A stretch of 64,000 nucleotides of DNA from Psilocybe cubensis (lineage: Eukaryota): positions 3,162,001-3,226,000 of the forward strand of contig CM039000.1 in the NCBI GenBank assembly GCA_017499595.2, in the 5' to 3' direction. The stretch's first letter is position 1. Every line of letters begins with the position of its first letter. The notes under the pieces were generated by a model that saw nothing but the letters and a program-made list of their open reading frames with translations, searched no databases and was not told the origin of the DNA. The translations under genes were made by a program, and so were the position numbers. Below, in pieces: positions 39,743 to 52,666 of the stretch.

Positions 39743-42700
39743 CGAAACCATGAGGGACGGATACATCGTCCCTGATCAGTTCTCTATCTGTCTTTCCGTC
39801 CTCGCAATGCTCTAATTTCTAATCTGTCACGGCCGGCCACGATATAGGTCTTCAACTTAGATTATCCATTCCTGCCTTCGACCCTCTGCACCTTTTAATC
39901 CGTCCCCATTTTTCTCTCCGCGACATGGTGGGCACCATCCGGCCCAAGTCCAACATTACACTGTACAAGTTCTCACCCGCCGTTTATCCCACTGCTTCAT
40001 CTACGATATACCGTCTTAGAGACAATATGCACACGCCCTAGCTTAAATACCCAGCTTTCCCCGACATCGAACCCAACGAAATGAGACGATTCGGATAACG
40101 ACCCTCATCATTATTACATCAAACGATCCCACACTAATTTTTTTTCGCCTGCTATTTGAATAAATGGTCGATTTGGATACATCTTTGCCTCTACTCCCTT
40201 GATCCTGGATCCCTGCCGGTGTCGATTATCATCCATGATGTGCTGCTCTATGCACCTACGTATCTAAGGGGCGGAGAAGGTCATGATATCGCAATGCCTC
40301 ACGAAGACGCAAATAGCGTCTGGCAAGTGTTTACACGCAACACCAGCCCAACTACAACATCACCAGGTTGAAGGACCTGCGCCTCGATCTACATCTCTCC
40401 TACTATCAACTACCCAACTATCGATGGAACATGTTATAGCCTACGCTATGCGGACATATACAGACACACACCACATTTTGTGATACACACAATTCATTCA
40501 AAATTCTAGTCATTCCTTTTCATGCGCCCGTTCATTTTTTCCAACCTTTTCGCTTGTTGTTATGCAATCACCTTTCGGGATTCTTTTTTCTCGTTCTGGT
40601 TCTAGCTTTGCTTTTTTATGGTGGTGGTGTTTTGTTGGTGTTTAAACCTGAATTTGTGGATGTTAATTTACAGTCATATTTATGCCGCTTTCTTTTATTT
40701 GTTCCAAACCATCTATCTTGGCTTTTCAGCTTCTTTCAGGCTTCTTTTACGCCATCACCTCGTAGTCCTTTGCATTTGCCATGGTTGATCTCCCTTTTTT
40801 CTATGATCAAGGCTGGAGTGGGAGGTGGAACTTAACGTTAAGGTCTGGAATCCCTATCCTCCGCCCTCCCCTCCGCCTTGTCAATGCCTTTGGTTTTGCT
40901 GCAGTGCTGTTTCTAAAATGTCGAGGGTGCGACATGCGTTGAGTGTTCGTTTCTCCTCTTTTTCTTTTTTTTAAATTGGTTCTTTGGGTGGTGTTTATTG
41001 TGGATCGTTTACTTACGTTTTCTTTTCCTTTTTCTGCCTTTTCTCTTTTCATTTTTATCTCACTCTGTTTTGAGTTTTTATATTACTTTACTTGACTTTA
41101 AATCTAGTTTTTTTTTTTTTACTTCTGCATCTGCTATGTTCAACCTTGTTATCTCGCCTATTATTTCTACGTGTCTGGGTTGGATTAAGTAGGTCAATGT
41201 CAATGAATCAAACGATGATTAGATGGTGGCATGGCTTGGTAGTGGATTCTGGGCAGTGTCTGGAAGGTGTATATTTAAGAATGCTTCCGCAACGGTGATT
41301 TTCGTCATGCTGTGCTTCCAGATATTTCGGGTCGAGTGCTACGTGCTTCTTCATCCTACGTATGATTTTCTGGTAAGATGAACCCTTCGTGGGACTGGGG
41401 TAGAAAAAGAACTGAACCTTTGGAACAGATATCGAAACAGATATTGATAGGCCATGGACCATTGGTTAGAATTTATATGACAGTTATAAACCGCGACGTT
41501 TAGGAAGTTGAGAACTCTGGTACAGTAGAATAGGGCAGTATACCATATCCGATTTAGATCCTAGCCAGGCATGAGATCGGAGGACGGAGGGCTGGAACAC
41601 CGACGTAGAGTAAGTATATGTGTAGGTAGCTACGGCTTCTGTTCACCGTCTGTAGGGCTGCGTTGGTGAGCTATGCCTTAACCACTCCAATTCTGGAGCT
41701 GATTGCGAACGACTCGAGAAATCGACATTGTACTGTCGCAATCTTTGGAGTTTGGGTATGAATTATGTTTGTGGAATTGTCGTTGAAATGGAGTGGGGAA
41801 TAGATGGATTCTGTATAACGACGGGCTTGACGGTGAGGCGTTTACACGGGAACATTTTGACTCTACAGTGCTCCGCCATGTAAATAGATTGACCGGAAAA
41901 GTGAGATGAATAATGAGCCAGCCACCACCAGAGTGTAACTTTCCACTTGTGAGGGGCGTCTATAATTAGATCGAAGGTTTTGTAGTGAGCTATTTTTGGT
42001 CGAAGGTTTAACGAACTTGAAATTCAATAAATGCCTCGATTCTCGAAGGTGAAGGGTGTAAAAGAAGGTTGGGGAATGAGTTAATGATGTGCCAATCACG
42101 ACTGGGTGAGATTGAGAATTGAGAGCGAGATTCGAGTTGGATCTCTCGCCCTCATATGTCGGTGTGCACTTGAGACGCCTCCGACTCGACTCCCTTCCCC
42201 CACTGCCCAGGGTTGTCGGTTCGGTTCGTCAGAACTTGTGTGAAGGAGAAAGCCTGTTTTACATTATTTTCTTTTGTTTCGGAGAGAAACATGTTCTTCT
42301 AAAGCATTTGGTTAGTAGCATCATACGATACCCTTGTTTCACCAATGAAGTACTTCAGCTTGAGAGAATTTATAATCTTTCAAATTTTGTAACGTCGGTC
42401 TCCGGACTCCGCGAATCGGAGGAGAATAAACTTTTCATGCGAGTACTTGATGTCGCGTTCACTGTCTCTTCCTGCCGCGGTGCTCAACGCGCTCTCGTTG
42501 TCAGTAGGGCGCAATGGATCCATACCAACGCCAAGGCCGGGAGGATCTCCACAGGAGGCATCCTGGAGCCAACGTTCACCTGCACAACAACAAGCACACG
42601 GGGCAAGCACCCTGGTGATCCGAGTGGCGGTAATGATCTACATACATACAGTTCTGGACAGGTGCAGATAGATATCATCAGAGCAACAAAGTACAGCTCT

Positions 42701-43307
42701 GTCGCGCCGGCCGCTCAAGCCGCCCAAATGGCAACCACTTGGTATTTGCCCATGCTTGTGGATATATTACCCGTGAGCACCGCCACGATCTACCTAGAAT
42801 GAAGCGACGATGATTGTGTTCTGCATCGTCTGGCACACTGGAGCAACCCAGGAGAAATGAGGGCAAGGTCGATAGGAAACGCGCTATACACGCGGTTGTT
42901 GTAGGAAAGAGTTAAGAGATTATGTGGAGGGGGGCAAAGGGAGAAAACGGAGATTACGTAAATATGTCATTGCTGCTGTGTAAACGCGGTAAGCTGTGAT
43001 GTGAAGGCAGTAAAAAGTGAACGGAATGTATATTGCCCAGGCCACGCTCCTTCCTCTTTCTGCTCTGTGCGGCCTGTAAATCAGGCGACCGCGCCTGACT
43101 CTTGGACCTCTTTGCTTCTTGACACTGCCCTCCACACTCTCTCTAATACCTTCACGCCGTTTATAGCTCACTTTCGGGGCGATTCCTTTTATTCTTCATC
43201 AGCCTCCTTGGCTTGGTCCTGACTCGTCGTGCGCAGCAATAGTTGAGGGTGCTCAAAGCCAGGGGACTCGGATTATTATCTGCGAGCAGTTGACGAGGAC
43301 GTAAAAT

Positions 43308-45379
43308 ATGGCGGCAAATGGCTGTGTGCAGACACCTACCTTGACGAGGACGGACATCGTGACGTCGGAGAGCGTATTTACGACCACCTCCATCTCGACC
43401 TCTATTTTCCCCTCCTCGATATCCACGTCGATTTTCTCGACATGTACACAGACGAACTCGTCAGTGCCATGCGTCTCCACTCTGACGACCTCAGTGACTA
43501 CGCTGCCAGGTGCGTTTACGGTGTTGTAAACGCTGCTCCTAACATCTGTTTATTAATATCGCTTTTGGTTGATCAGGGAGTACAAGTCTTACAACGCTTC
43601 AGATTACGCGGACGTCTGAGATTCCGATTACGAGCTTGACTACGCTCTTTGGCACGACGTGTACTTCATCGACTAGTTCAACAACGTCGTCGACAACTAG
43701 CAGCACGGGCTCTTCGACAACGCCTACTCTTCCTCCAACTTCGCCCACGATCAATCCACCACCCAATACCAACACACCCTCCAACTCTGCAAGCAGTGGA
43801 ACCAGCTTGGACACCAGCAGCTCTTCCTCTACACCCAGTGTGACAGGTACCAATTTTTTGTCATCTTCTTCAGCGACCATTCCGCCGACTATTAGTCCCA
43901 CTCATTCCGAAACAGCAGGTCCAGGTGGAACTCTTCAAACTCCCTCTGATGGTAACAAAAAGTCGAACAACACTGGACCCATCGTTGGCGGAGTGCTGGG
44001 AGGATTGGTCGCCCTTCTTGTTGTTGGTTTCCTGACATGGAGATATGTGTACGTATCCCAACTTCATTTACTCGAGCATCACTGCCATCATAATTTAATC
44101 CAACGCAACGCTAATTGACGTCCTCTTCCTCCCCTCTCTCTTTAATTGACACTTTTGGTCGCACAGGAAAAAGAACAGGAGGTTCGATGATATCTTTGAT
44201 CCTGTTACGCAGCCCAAACCGCACTATCAGAAAGCTAGCAAGATCTTGAAGGATCCAGAGCCAAAGCCGTACACATATGGCCTTGTTGGGCAGAATACGA
44301 CTAATCCCATTGGGATCAGTCCACCTAGCTCGCCTCCGCCTGGACAGAGTTCATTTAACGACATAGGCCATCAAGGAGGAAATGACATCGGTCCTCAAGG
44401 ACCAGGCAGCAATGGAATCGGACACAACCCAGGAGGAAGCAACGGTATAGGCCCGCAAAACGGGAATAACATGGGCTATCCACCGTCAGGCAACGACATC
44501 GGTCTGCAGCCCAACAACACCCCTGTGCAACACATCCGTAATCCCTCGCTGACGCCGCTCTTGGCAGGCGCGGGGGCAGCTATGGCAGCCTCGTCGTCGT
44601 CGCGGCCATCTTCCGCCGACTCGAGTATGCCCCTCGGCCCGCTCGTCACTCACGCTCCGCAACCCCAAACGTACCCGCCTATGCCCCACAACCCTTCCTC
44701 CACCTCGAGCTATCCGCCTGCCCTACAGAATTGGAACAACGCTCAGGGGTACGCCGCGCAACAGCAGCAGGGAGTATACTCTGGCTCCGCTCAGGGTTAT
44801 GGACCTGGGCCGTCCATGGCTGGCCCGTCTTCCTCCTCGGCCGCATCAAATCCTCTCTCGCAGGGCGGCGGTAGCATCAACAGCCTCGGCTCAGGGTCTA
44901 CCGCACCGTCTTCTTGGGGTGGCGGTAACGCCGGCCCGCCACTCCCAACGATGGTGCCGCTCATCGCTTCCACCTCCCCGACGTCGGCGCAGAGGAACAC
45001 AAGCTACGGCAGCGGAAGCGCGAGCAACAACCGCATATCTACTCTGCAACAATACGAAGACCCGTTCGCGCGCTCGGGAAGCCCCGTCAGTCTCCAGGAG
45101 CCGCCGCGGATTCTGCAAGTCACGAATGCGGAGCCGGGGAGCTTGGATGAGGGGTTCTATGACCCGGCGGTGTATTATGCTGCGGGTACAGCTCCGTTAG
45201 GAGCCGCTCCTGGTTCGCCGAACGCGACGCAAGTAAGCTCGTCGTCGGCCAGTGGTGCTGCTAGTGGCCCCGGACGGCGGCTGAGTGCAAGAGCTGAGAA
45301 ACAGGGGCTTGTGCATCTTGATGGAGGGCAGTACCAGACGCCTGCTCCCCAAGGTCCTCCTGCGTACACCGAGTCATGA
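43308..45379 (+). CDS. Mid2-like Ser/Thr-rich single-pass membrane protein with HLDGG...PPAY tail; 3 exons
   Basis: S/T-rich exons, TM segment GPIVGGVLGGLVALLVVGFLTW, long disordered tail in the 44246-45379 ORF. Confidence 0.82.
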
Positions 45380-46295
45380 TAAATTTTCCATTTGATTTTT
45401 TTGCTCCCCATCTACTAGTTCTTTGTTTTTTCATACCTTTTCTAACCTGTCCCTTTATTTTGTCTGCTGGCACACGCATCCATTTTGGCTGTTTTAAACC
45501 CTTTCTTTCCCGTTTTTTTCTCGTGCTTTGTTGTTCATTTGGGCCTATATGCACGCTAATTCTTTGACTTTGCTACATTTACCACATCTTCATCGCAACC
45601 TTTATCGTCTCATATATCGGACTGAGACCTGTTTCTAACGATGGACACTCATTTTCTTTCTTTCATTGTTTCCTATCGCTACCAAAGCACACTCTAACCT
45701 TCTGGGTACCCTCGGCCACTGTTATAATCTACCGACCTGCATCTTCTTGACAACAGCCCTCTTAAACCCGCCTCGCTGTTGTCCAATCCACTTGCCACTT
45801 GTACCCCCGCGCCACACACATACGCACACGCACCCCATGCCTGCTTCGACTACCCGCCACACATCACCCTCGATACTAAAACTTTTCGCTGCCCCGGACT
45901 ATCTATTTTATTAATCCCTCTACTTCCTTCGATGGGTTGGGTTATGTTCTACGGATACCAGACAGACACATAGTGACGACCTTTTGATGAAATTTATAAC
46001 GGCTTTAGAGTTTTGGTTGTTCTTTGCTATTTCCTTTTCTTTGTGTGACACATGAGTGGCTAGGTCGTGGTTGTGGTCCAGCACTCAGGGCGATGATTGG
46101 CGTTTCTTCAGATGTACTTTTCTGCAAGTTTGCTTTGACCTTTCTTTAGGGTATATTAACTGTGGAGAATGGCCTGCTAAGTTTCTGATATTCCTCAACC
46201 TCATTTCTAGTAATCGAACTAGGTTGGTCTCCTTGCGCGCACACTTTTCCTTCAGCTGCTTACTTCGTACAAGTTAGGATACAGCACAAGCAACT

Positions 46296-47992
46296 ATGCT
46301 GACAGGAAATCGCAAGGCAGCCATTGAAAGGATACCCACAGAGATATGGACAGAATGCGCCGACCAGCTGTCTTTCAACGATCAGAAAAATTTGCTCCTA
46401 ACCTGTCAATTTTTCCGGGACGTATGCCTACGTTTCGTCTTCAAACACAAGTCATTTTATCTGCACGTCTGTAAAGACATGGGATCGGGCAACTGTTGCG
46501 GGCCATTCGCGAGCCGCGTGGAGAATGTGGCTTTGGTGGCCGATAGCAACGCCCTCGCGCCCCACGTCCGCAAGCTGACTCTGCGTTACGACCAAAGTCG
46601 TCCTCGTACCTTCTCCCATCAGCTTAAGCAGTTGTACCCGCTCTTCATTAAATCTTGTCTCGAGCTTATCCCGCGCTTTCCCAACTTACGCTCGGTTTAC
46701 ATCTCGAGCAACAAGCCCGTGGACAAAGCGTTGATGCATGCTCTCGCGCTGTGCCCTCAGCTTGATGAGCTTGGTATGGGCCCTGTTCGGTTCGGAGCGC
46801 ATTCATTGTCCAGGGGTGTGCGTCTGTGCGTCCGGAAGCTAGGGATATACAACAACTGCATCGGGTCCGATACCAATCCGAGAAAGGCTGCTAAGGTGCT
46901 TGACATGTTTTCGGGCGAGCGGCTGGAAAGGCTCGAGGTCTTGTCGCACATCTATGCGCCCAAGATCGCGCACGCTTTAGCCCGGCAGAGTAATTGTACT
47001 CGTTTGACATTCCTTCGCGTGAGGATTTCCCCTGAGGACTTTAAAACTTTCATCCCATTCCTGGTTTCCTGTGCAAATATCGAGGCATTGAGCGTGACGT
47101 TGCATGAAAGTCTGACTTGTAGGGACTCGGCATTTCCCCCTCACTCTTTCCCAAATTCGCTTCCTCAGCTCCCAACATCAGCACTAAGAAAGCTGAACTC
47201 TATCACCGGTTCGGGGGAGATAATTGCACTGATAGTTCCCGGAAGACGAGTGCAGAGTGTAACCACCTTGATCTCTAACCCCATGCCCCGCTTTATGAAG
47301 CTTGATCAGGGAGAATTTGAAGCTCTGGTCCTGCCTCGCCTTGTTGAAAGCAAAGGTCCGGTGAAAAGTTTGGTGCTTGAGGGAAATGTTTTCGGGAAAA
47401 ACATGTTGAACCCTATTTCACTGCGTATGCCGAGCCTGACTTCTCTCTGTGTGTGGCTCGGCGATGATTCTGGTGTCGACACCGACCCCTTCAAGGAGGC
47501 AACAGGAACCCTGGCCATTGTGCGCGAATATCTGGCGCACTGTAAAAACACTCCGGGAAACGAAGCGAAGGTGTTAACACCATTTGTGCGTCACAAAAAA
47601 TATTTGGTACGTCTTGCGATCCTCTGAAGTCCGCGTTTTCAACCATTTTATTCGCTTCATTCTAGATCATTCTTCATTTGATAGCATTAGGCAAGATACG
47701 ACTTCCACGCGACCTAGAACAGCTAGACTTGGTCGACAGGGCTTTTTCTGTTTCCTGGGAGCAACGTTTATTCCAGTGGGACCATTGCCACTTGATGAAA
47801 AGCGAAGAAACCCACGGAACAGCTTATTCATTAAATATGGTCAGCGCCATCTTCTTCGCGATATCTCGTATCTATCCGTCCTTCCGCCTGTTGAACTTGT
47901 CGGATCACGCTCCCGGACACGTTTACTTCTACTGGTACAAAACTCGCTCTGATAAATGGGACTTATGCGACTTCAAATGCGATGGTTATTGA
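46296..47992 (+). CDS. F-box-like / RNI-type LRR protein (paralog 2); intron ~47608-47665
   Basis: IERIPTEIWTECADQL...LLLTCQFFRDVCLRFVFK; collinear similarity to the 25896-27657 gene. Confidence 0.82.
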
Positions 47993-48105
47993 CCGCCAGC
48001 TGGTAAAGTCATTGTCGCTTACTTCATGTCTATAAATAAGGCTTGCACTATTAATACTTAAGCGCCCACAATATTACGATAGAAGCCTGGCCAGCCAATG
48101 CCATA

Positions 48106-51100
48106 CACGGCCGGCCCTTCGTTTAGATCTTGGTTAAGATTCCGACGCTCCGACCAAACTTGAGATCATTCTCAAGAAAATCTCAAAACGGATGCAAATA
48201 CATTTGAAAATTGAGCTCAGGAATATTTTAAATCCGTGGCTTAAGAATGAGCGAAGTAAATACACAGAATAGATTTTACTTAACTCTTGTGCTCAACACA
48301 TTTTGAAACCACGCTCATTAAACATATTTCAATTGTAGCTCTGACCATAATGTCACAGCTTGATCCAAAAGGTGTGCGGGACTTATGACATCATGAAATT
48401 CACTCAACATTGCTTGACATTGTTTTAGTTTGGACTCAAAGCACTGCCGACAACGGTGATACTGTCTATTATTGCAAAGTGTGCTGCGATTCACGCGCCA
48501 GAAAGGCATTCAATTGCCCTGGACATGAACGCACTAGCACTCATCTTGCGGCACTAAGCCGGCAGCGGCAGCCAACACCAGCTAGTTCGACAATCAATGA
48601 AGTCCGCGGTAATCCCACGGCATCCATTTCCAACCACAGAATCATCGACGATGCTTTGAGAGCTCTTTTAGTTTCCTCTTCGTCAAATCCTCGCCAGCCT
48701 ATGTATTGCTTTGGCTGCCCTCCTCTTCAATCTGGAACTTCACATGCAACTCCGTCATCCCCTCCTCTTCAAGCTCCAACCCAGTCTGGCCCAGTTTCTC
48801 CTCTTACCGGCTTTGACTGGAATTTGTACAAGGCAACTCAAGGCAGTACAGATCCTGACCAAGAAGATGAGCCTACGCCTTGTATACGTGTTCGTGAAGG
48901 CGTATGTCAGCGGTTACTTGATCTACTAGATGGTGTTGAAGAAAATGATGACCCGGTAGGGGATATTTTGGTAGCCAGTGAGGAGTCGGACTCGAGTGGT
49001 GCGTGCTTTTTCTGCTGCATGTTTGGCCAACACTAAATACATTATAATGACACAGCTGATGATCTCCCCGCTCGTCCTTCAGTCAAAAAGCGTACACGAA
49101 CACAAAATTTGGATCCTAGGGAGCTGGAAGAATGGTATCCATGGCAGGATAGAATTGTGCGTTCAACTCTATTTTCTGCTCACCAATAAGCTGTTACTGA
49201 CACACTTTTAGACATGTTCTTTAGATATCTTGATGCACTTGCCCCGTTCTGTGTTTTCGCGTAAACAACTTGATTTATTTTTGTGGATTTTACGCGTGAA
49301 CGAAGTTCGGAATGTCCCCAGCATCAAGACTATGAAGACTCTAAATTCTGCACTTCAAAAAATGTGCGGCATTGATACTATTCCATATACAAGCGCCCGT
49401 GGCACAAATTACAGCATGAACAACATATCCCAAATTCTTGCCCAGGTTTGTTCATTAGTGAAATGTTGTGTTTGTGATTTGGTTATTTACCTGTGCCAAG
49501 TAGGAAATGAGCAATCCAAAAGTGCAACCACACCTGAGCTTTTTCCCAGAAGACACCGGCAAGTCCATCCAAGAAGCATGACAAGCTGCAAAATGGTTGC
49601 ACGAAATAATTCCTGAAAGAACGACACCCATGATACGGTTACACAATGCTGACTATTACATTTTTGAGCCGACTATGTTAAAAGATGGCTCATGTGTTAT
49701 TCCGTATCGGTGGTATGTCAAGAGCGGGCACATGTATGCGTGTTCGTGGGTCATGGAAAAGGAAACATCAGAAAATGGAACGGTTGGATGGGTTGTTCGG
49801 AAGGACCGTGAACGCACTATTTTTGATGATCAATTACTCAAGAATTTTCCTGCTCTTTGTCGCAATTGTGGCAGATATAGACTACCTCATCCTTCTCACA
49901 TCATTGGCATGTATTTCTCTACTATCTTAATATTAACATTTACTGACAACTTGCTAACTATAGGTATCCGAGAGGACCAACATCCCGAGATTCTGCCTTG
50001 GACACATACGGATCCTGCTACAGGTAATCGCTGGAGAAATTTGGCACAAGGTCACCGAACAGTGTGTCTTCCACTCTGGCTGTATTGCGATGACACATCT
50101 GGCAATCAGTCCAAGCAGTGGAACAAACATAACAGCTACTTATTTACCTTAGCTGGGTTGCCGCGTGACCAATTGGCCAAAGAATATAATATTCACTTCA
50201 TATGTACCTCAAATGTTGCACGGCCTCTCGAAATGTTGGAAGGAGTTGTTAACCAAATAAAGTAAGCATCTCATTTTGATATTTTGCGCGGCGCGGGTAT
50301 GAAGTATGGCTGAAATCCTCTTAGGTCAGCTCAAGAGACAGGTATATGGGCCTGGGACTGTGTATATAACGAAGTGGTGCTTGCGTATCCAGCAGCATTT
50401 GCTTTCTTAGGTGATAACCCAATGCAGAGTGAGTTTGCCTGCCATATAGGTATGTGCGGCAAGCTGTTCTGTCGGGTATGCTGGGCAAAGGGCCAGGATG
50501 GAAGTGAAACAAATGTTGATCTTTCTGACCTGTCCAATGTTCCAGATTTTAATCAGTCACCATTGTACAGTCCTGTTGCTTCAGAAAATGGAGGCGAGAG
50601 CATACCACACAGTCCAGCTACTTCTGATCATCAAGATGATGTAGCAGTCAGTCGAAAACGCAAGCCAGAAAGCATGGAATCAATGGTCAAACGTATTACA
50701 GCTTTTTTAGAGGTAAGATTTCTTGTTTTCAGTTGACGGTCTATTTACAACTAACAAAACTTTGCTAGACTGGCAGGTTGCGATGCAAACAAGAGACTAT
50801 ACAAATATTGCAGTCCTATCTCAATTTAGCATCCAGTATTGGCTCCAAAACCAAGCTCAAAACCGAGAAAACAAAGACCGGTATCAAGGACACTTACCAG
50901 GATTTCTTTCTTGAGAAGTTACTCACGTCGTACACAAAGGAAAAGGGGCCGATGAAAAAGCAAGCTGCGCTTGATGAAGCAATACAAAATCTACCGGATG
51001 ATATCACAAGCCCAATTTGGGATTTGGACGGTATGGACTTGTTTCTTTGATAGTCTCCTTCTCAGCACTAATGTTTGGTATTTAGAAATCGATCCACATC

Positions 51101-52412
51101 AAGACACACCAGTTGAAATACTTCATGTTGTTTTGCTGGGTTTTGTGAAGTATTTTTGGCGTGACCTTGTTCAAAACCAGCTTAACGATGAAGGCAAAAA
51201 GCTGTTAATTCAGCGACTCAACAGCTTTGATGTCCGTGGCTTGGGTATATCACCCCTTGGTGGTAAGACCTTGGTCCAGTATGCTGGTTCTCTCACTGGC
51301 CGGGATTTCCGAGCGATATTGCAAGTGGCACCTCATGTCATTTACGATCTTGTTCCCACCAATGTCTTTGACGCCTGGGTGTCGCTTTCAAGACTTGTTC
51401 CACTTATCTATCAGCCCAAAATTGACGATATGGACAAATATCTTGTGAATAAGTTTCTTTTTTCACATCTGCCAGAATGTTCTAACAGTTCATACATTTA
51501 GGAGACTCTAGCACAAGAAGTGGATTCATTTTTGATTAGTACGGCTCAATGGACATGTGCTTGGTTTAATAAAAAGAAGTTTCACGTCTTGTTGCACTTG
51601 GTAGAACATGTGCGACGGTTTGGTCCTGCAATCATATTTGCTACTGAATCTTTTGAATCATTCAATGCAGTGATTCGAGCTAAAAGTATTCATAGCAATC
51701 GCCAATCCCCATCGCGAGACATTGCCATGGCTTTCGCCGAAGGCAATTGTATCCGACATTTACTGAGTGGTGGGCTCTTTCTCCAGAATCGCCATCGTGA
51801 CATCCAGCATACTACTGCCAGAGATTGGCGAAGCATTGGTCCAGGCCCAAACAGAATTATTGCCATTGATACAATTATTCCCAGCTATCTTGGGCTAATG
51901 GCTGCCACCGATCCGTTATTTTCATCGGGTATGTTGTTCTATTTATGCATATGAATACTGTTAATCTGACCATGTAATATTAGGACGATGTATAGTCGAT
52001 AAAACCCCTCCCAGGCCTCTTACGCAAACTCTTACTGGCACACTCCTTCCCAATGTTGCCCTCGGAAACCACTCATTTCAAACCTGCAAGCAAGTTCAAC
52101 TCGAAAACGGCGAAAATTGTGAACCAGGACAGTACGTTATAGTGCAGGCACGTCAGCCCAATGGCGCACCTCGAGCACCCTTTGTTGCCTGTGTTAAGGA
52201 AATCGTACTGCAGCTGGGATCAAGCAATAGTGCCAATGGATATCCCGAAGGCCTACTGTTGCAGTCAGTGTCTACAAACCAGGTTAACAGCAAGCTTCAA
52301 ATGCCTTCTCTGATGCCTCTGGAAGATACCTGGTCATTCCTTCCTCTCTCGGTATGTGCAGTTTATACAAAGGTCTTGTACTATTTCATTGTGTACTAAT
52401 CATCTTCATCAG
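48106..52412 (+). mobile_element. CACTA/CMC-like DNA transposon remnant, 3'-truncated; left boundary tentative
   Basis: Contains the transposase pseudogene; candidate CAC terminus at 48106; subterminal hairpin CTTGAGA-TCAT-TCTCAAG (48159-48176). Confidence 0.6.
48350..52412 (+). pseudogene. Multi-exon basidiomycete CACTA/CMC-like DDE transposase, disabled
   Basis: N-terminal CxxC..H..H; LYCDDTSGNQSKQWNKH; FLGDNPMQSEFACH...FCRVC; DTPVEILHVVLLGFVKYFW; KFHVLLHLVEHVRRFGPAIIFATESFESFN. In-frame TGA at 49579-49581; coding similarity ends at ~52412. Confidence 0.8.
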
Positions 52413-52666
52413 GAAAATGGTGTTTGGTTACAAGTTGTTCTAAGTAAATAGTATATTGCTAAAGATACTTTTAGTCTTTGGAATGACCTAGGTAGCTTTG
52501 AGAGCTTTGGAAATCTTTGAAATTACCCAGGTTGCTTTAGTGTCTTTAGGTAATATATTACATCTAGACTTTCCTAAAGTAGTTAAAGTAATTTTAATTT
52601 CTTATTACACTTTAGACTGTGTTAAAGATTCTAAACTAATAAACAATATTTCAATATATATACATA

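Noticed and set aside
42119-42802. 227-aa ORF upstream of the Mid2-like gene
   Set aside because: Non-ATG start, no recognisable motif or splice structure.
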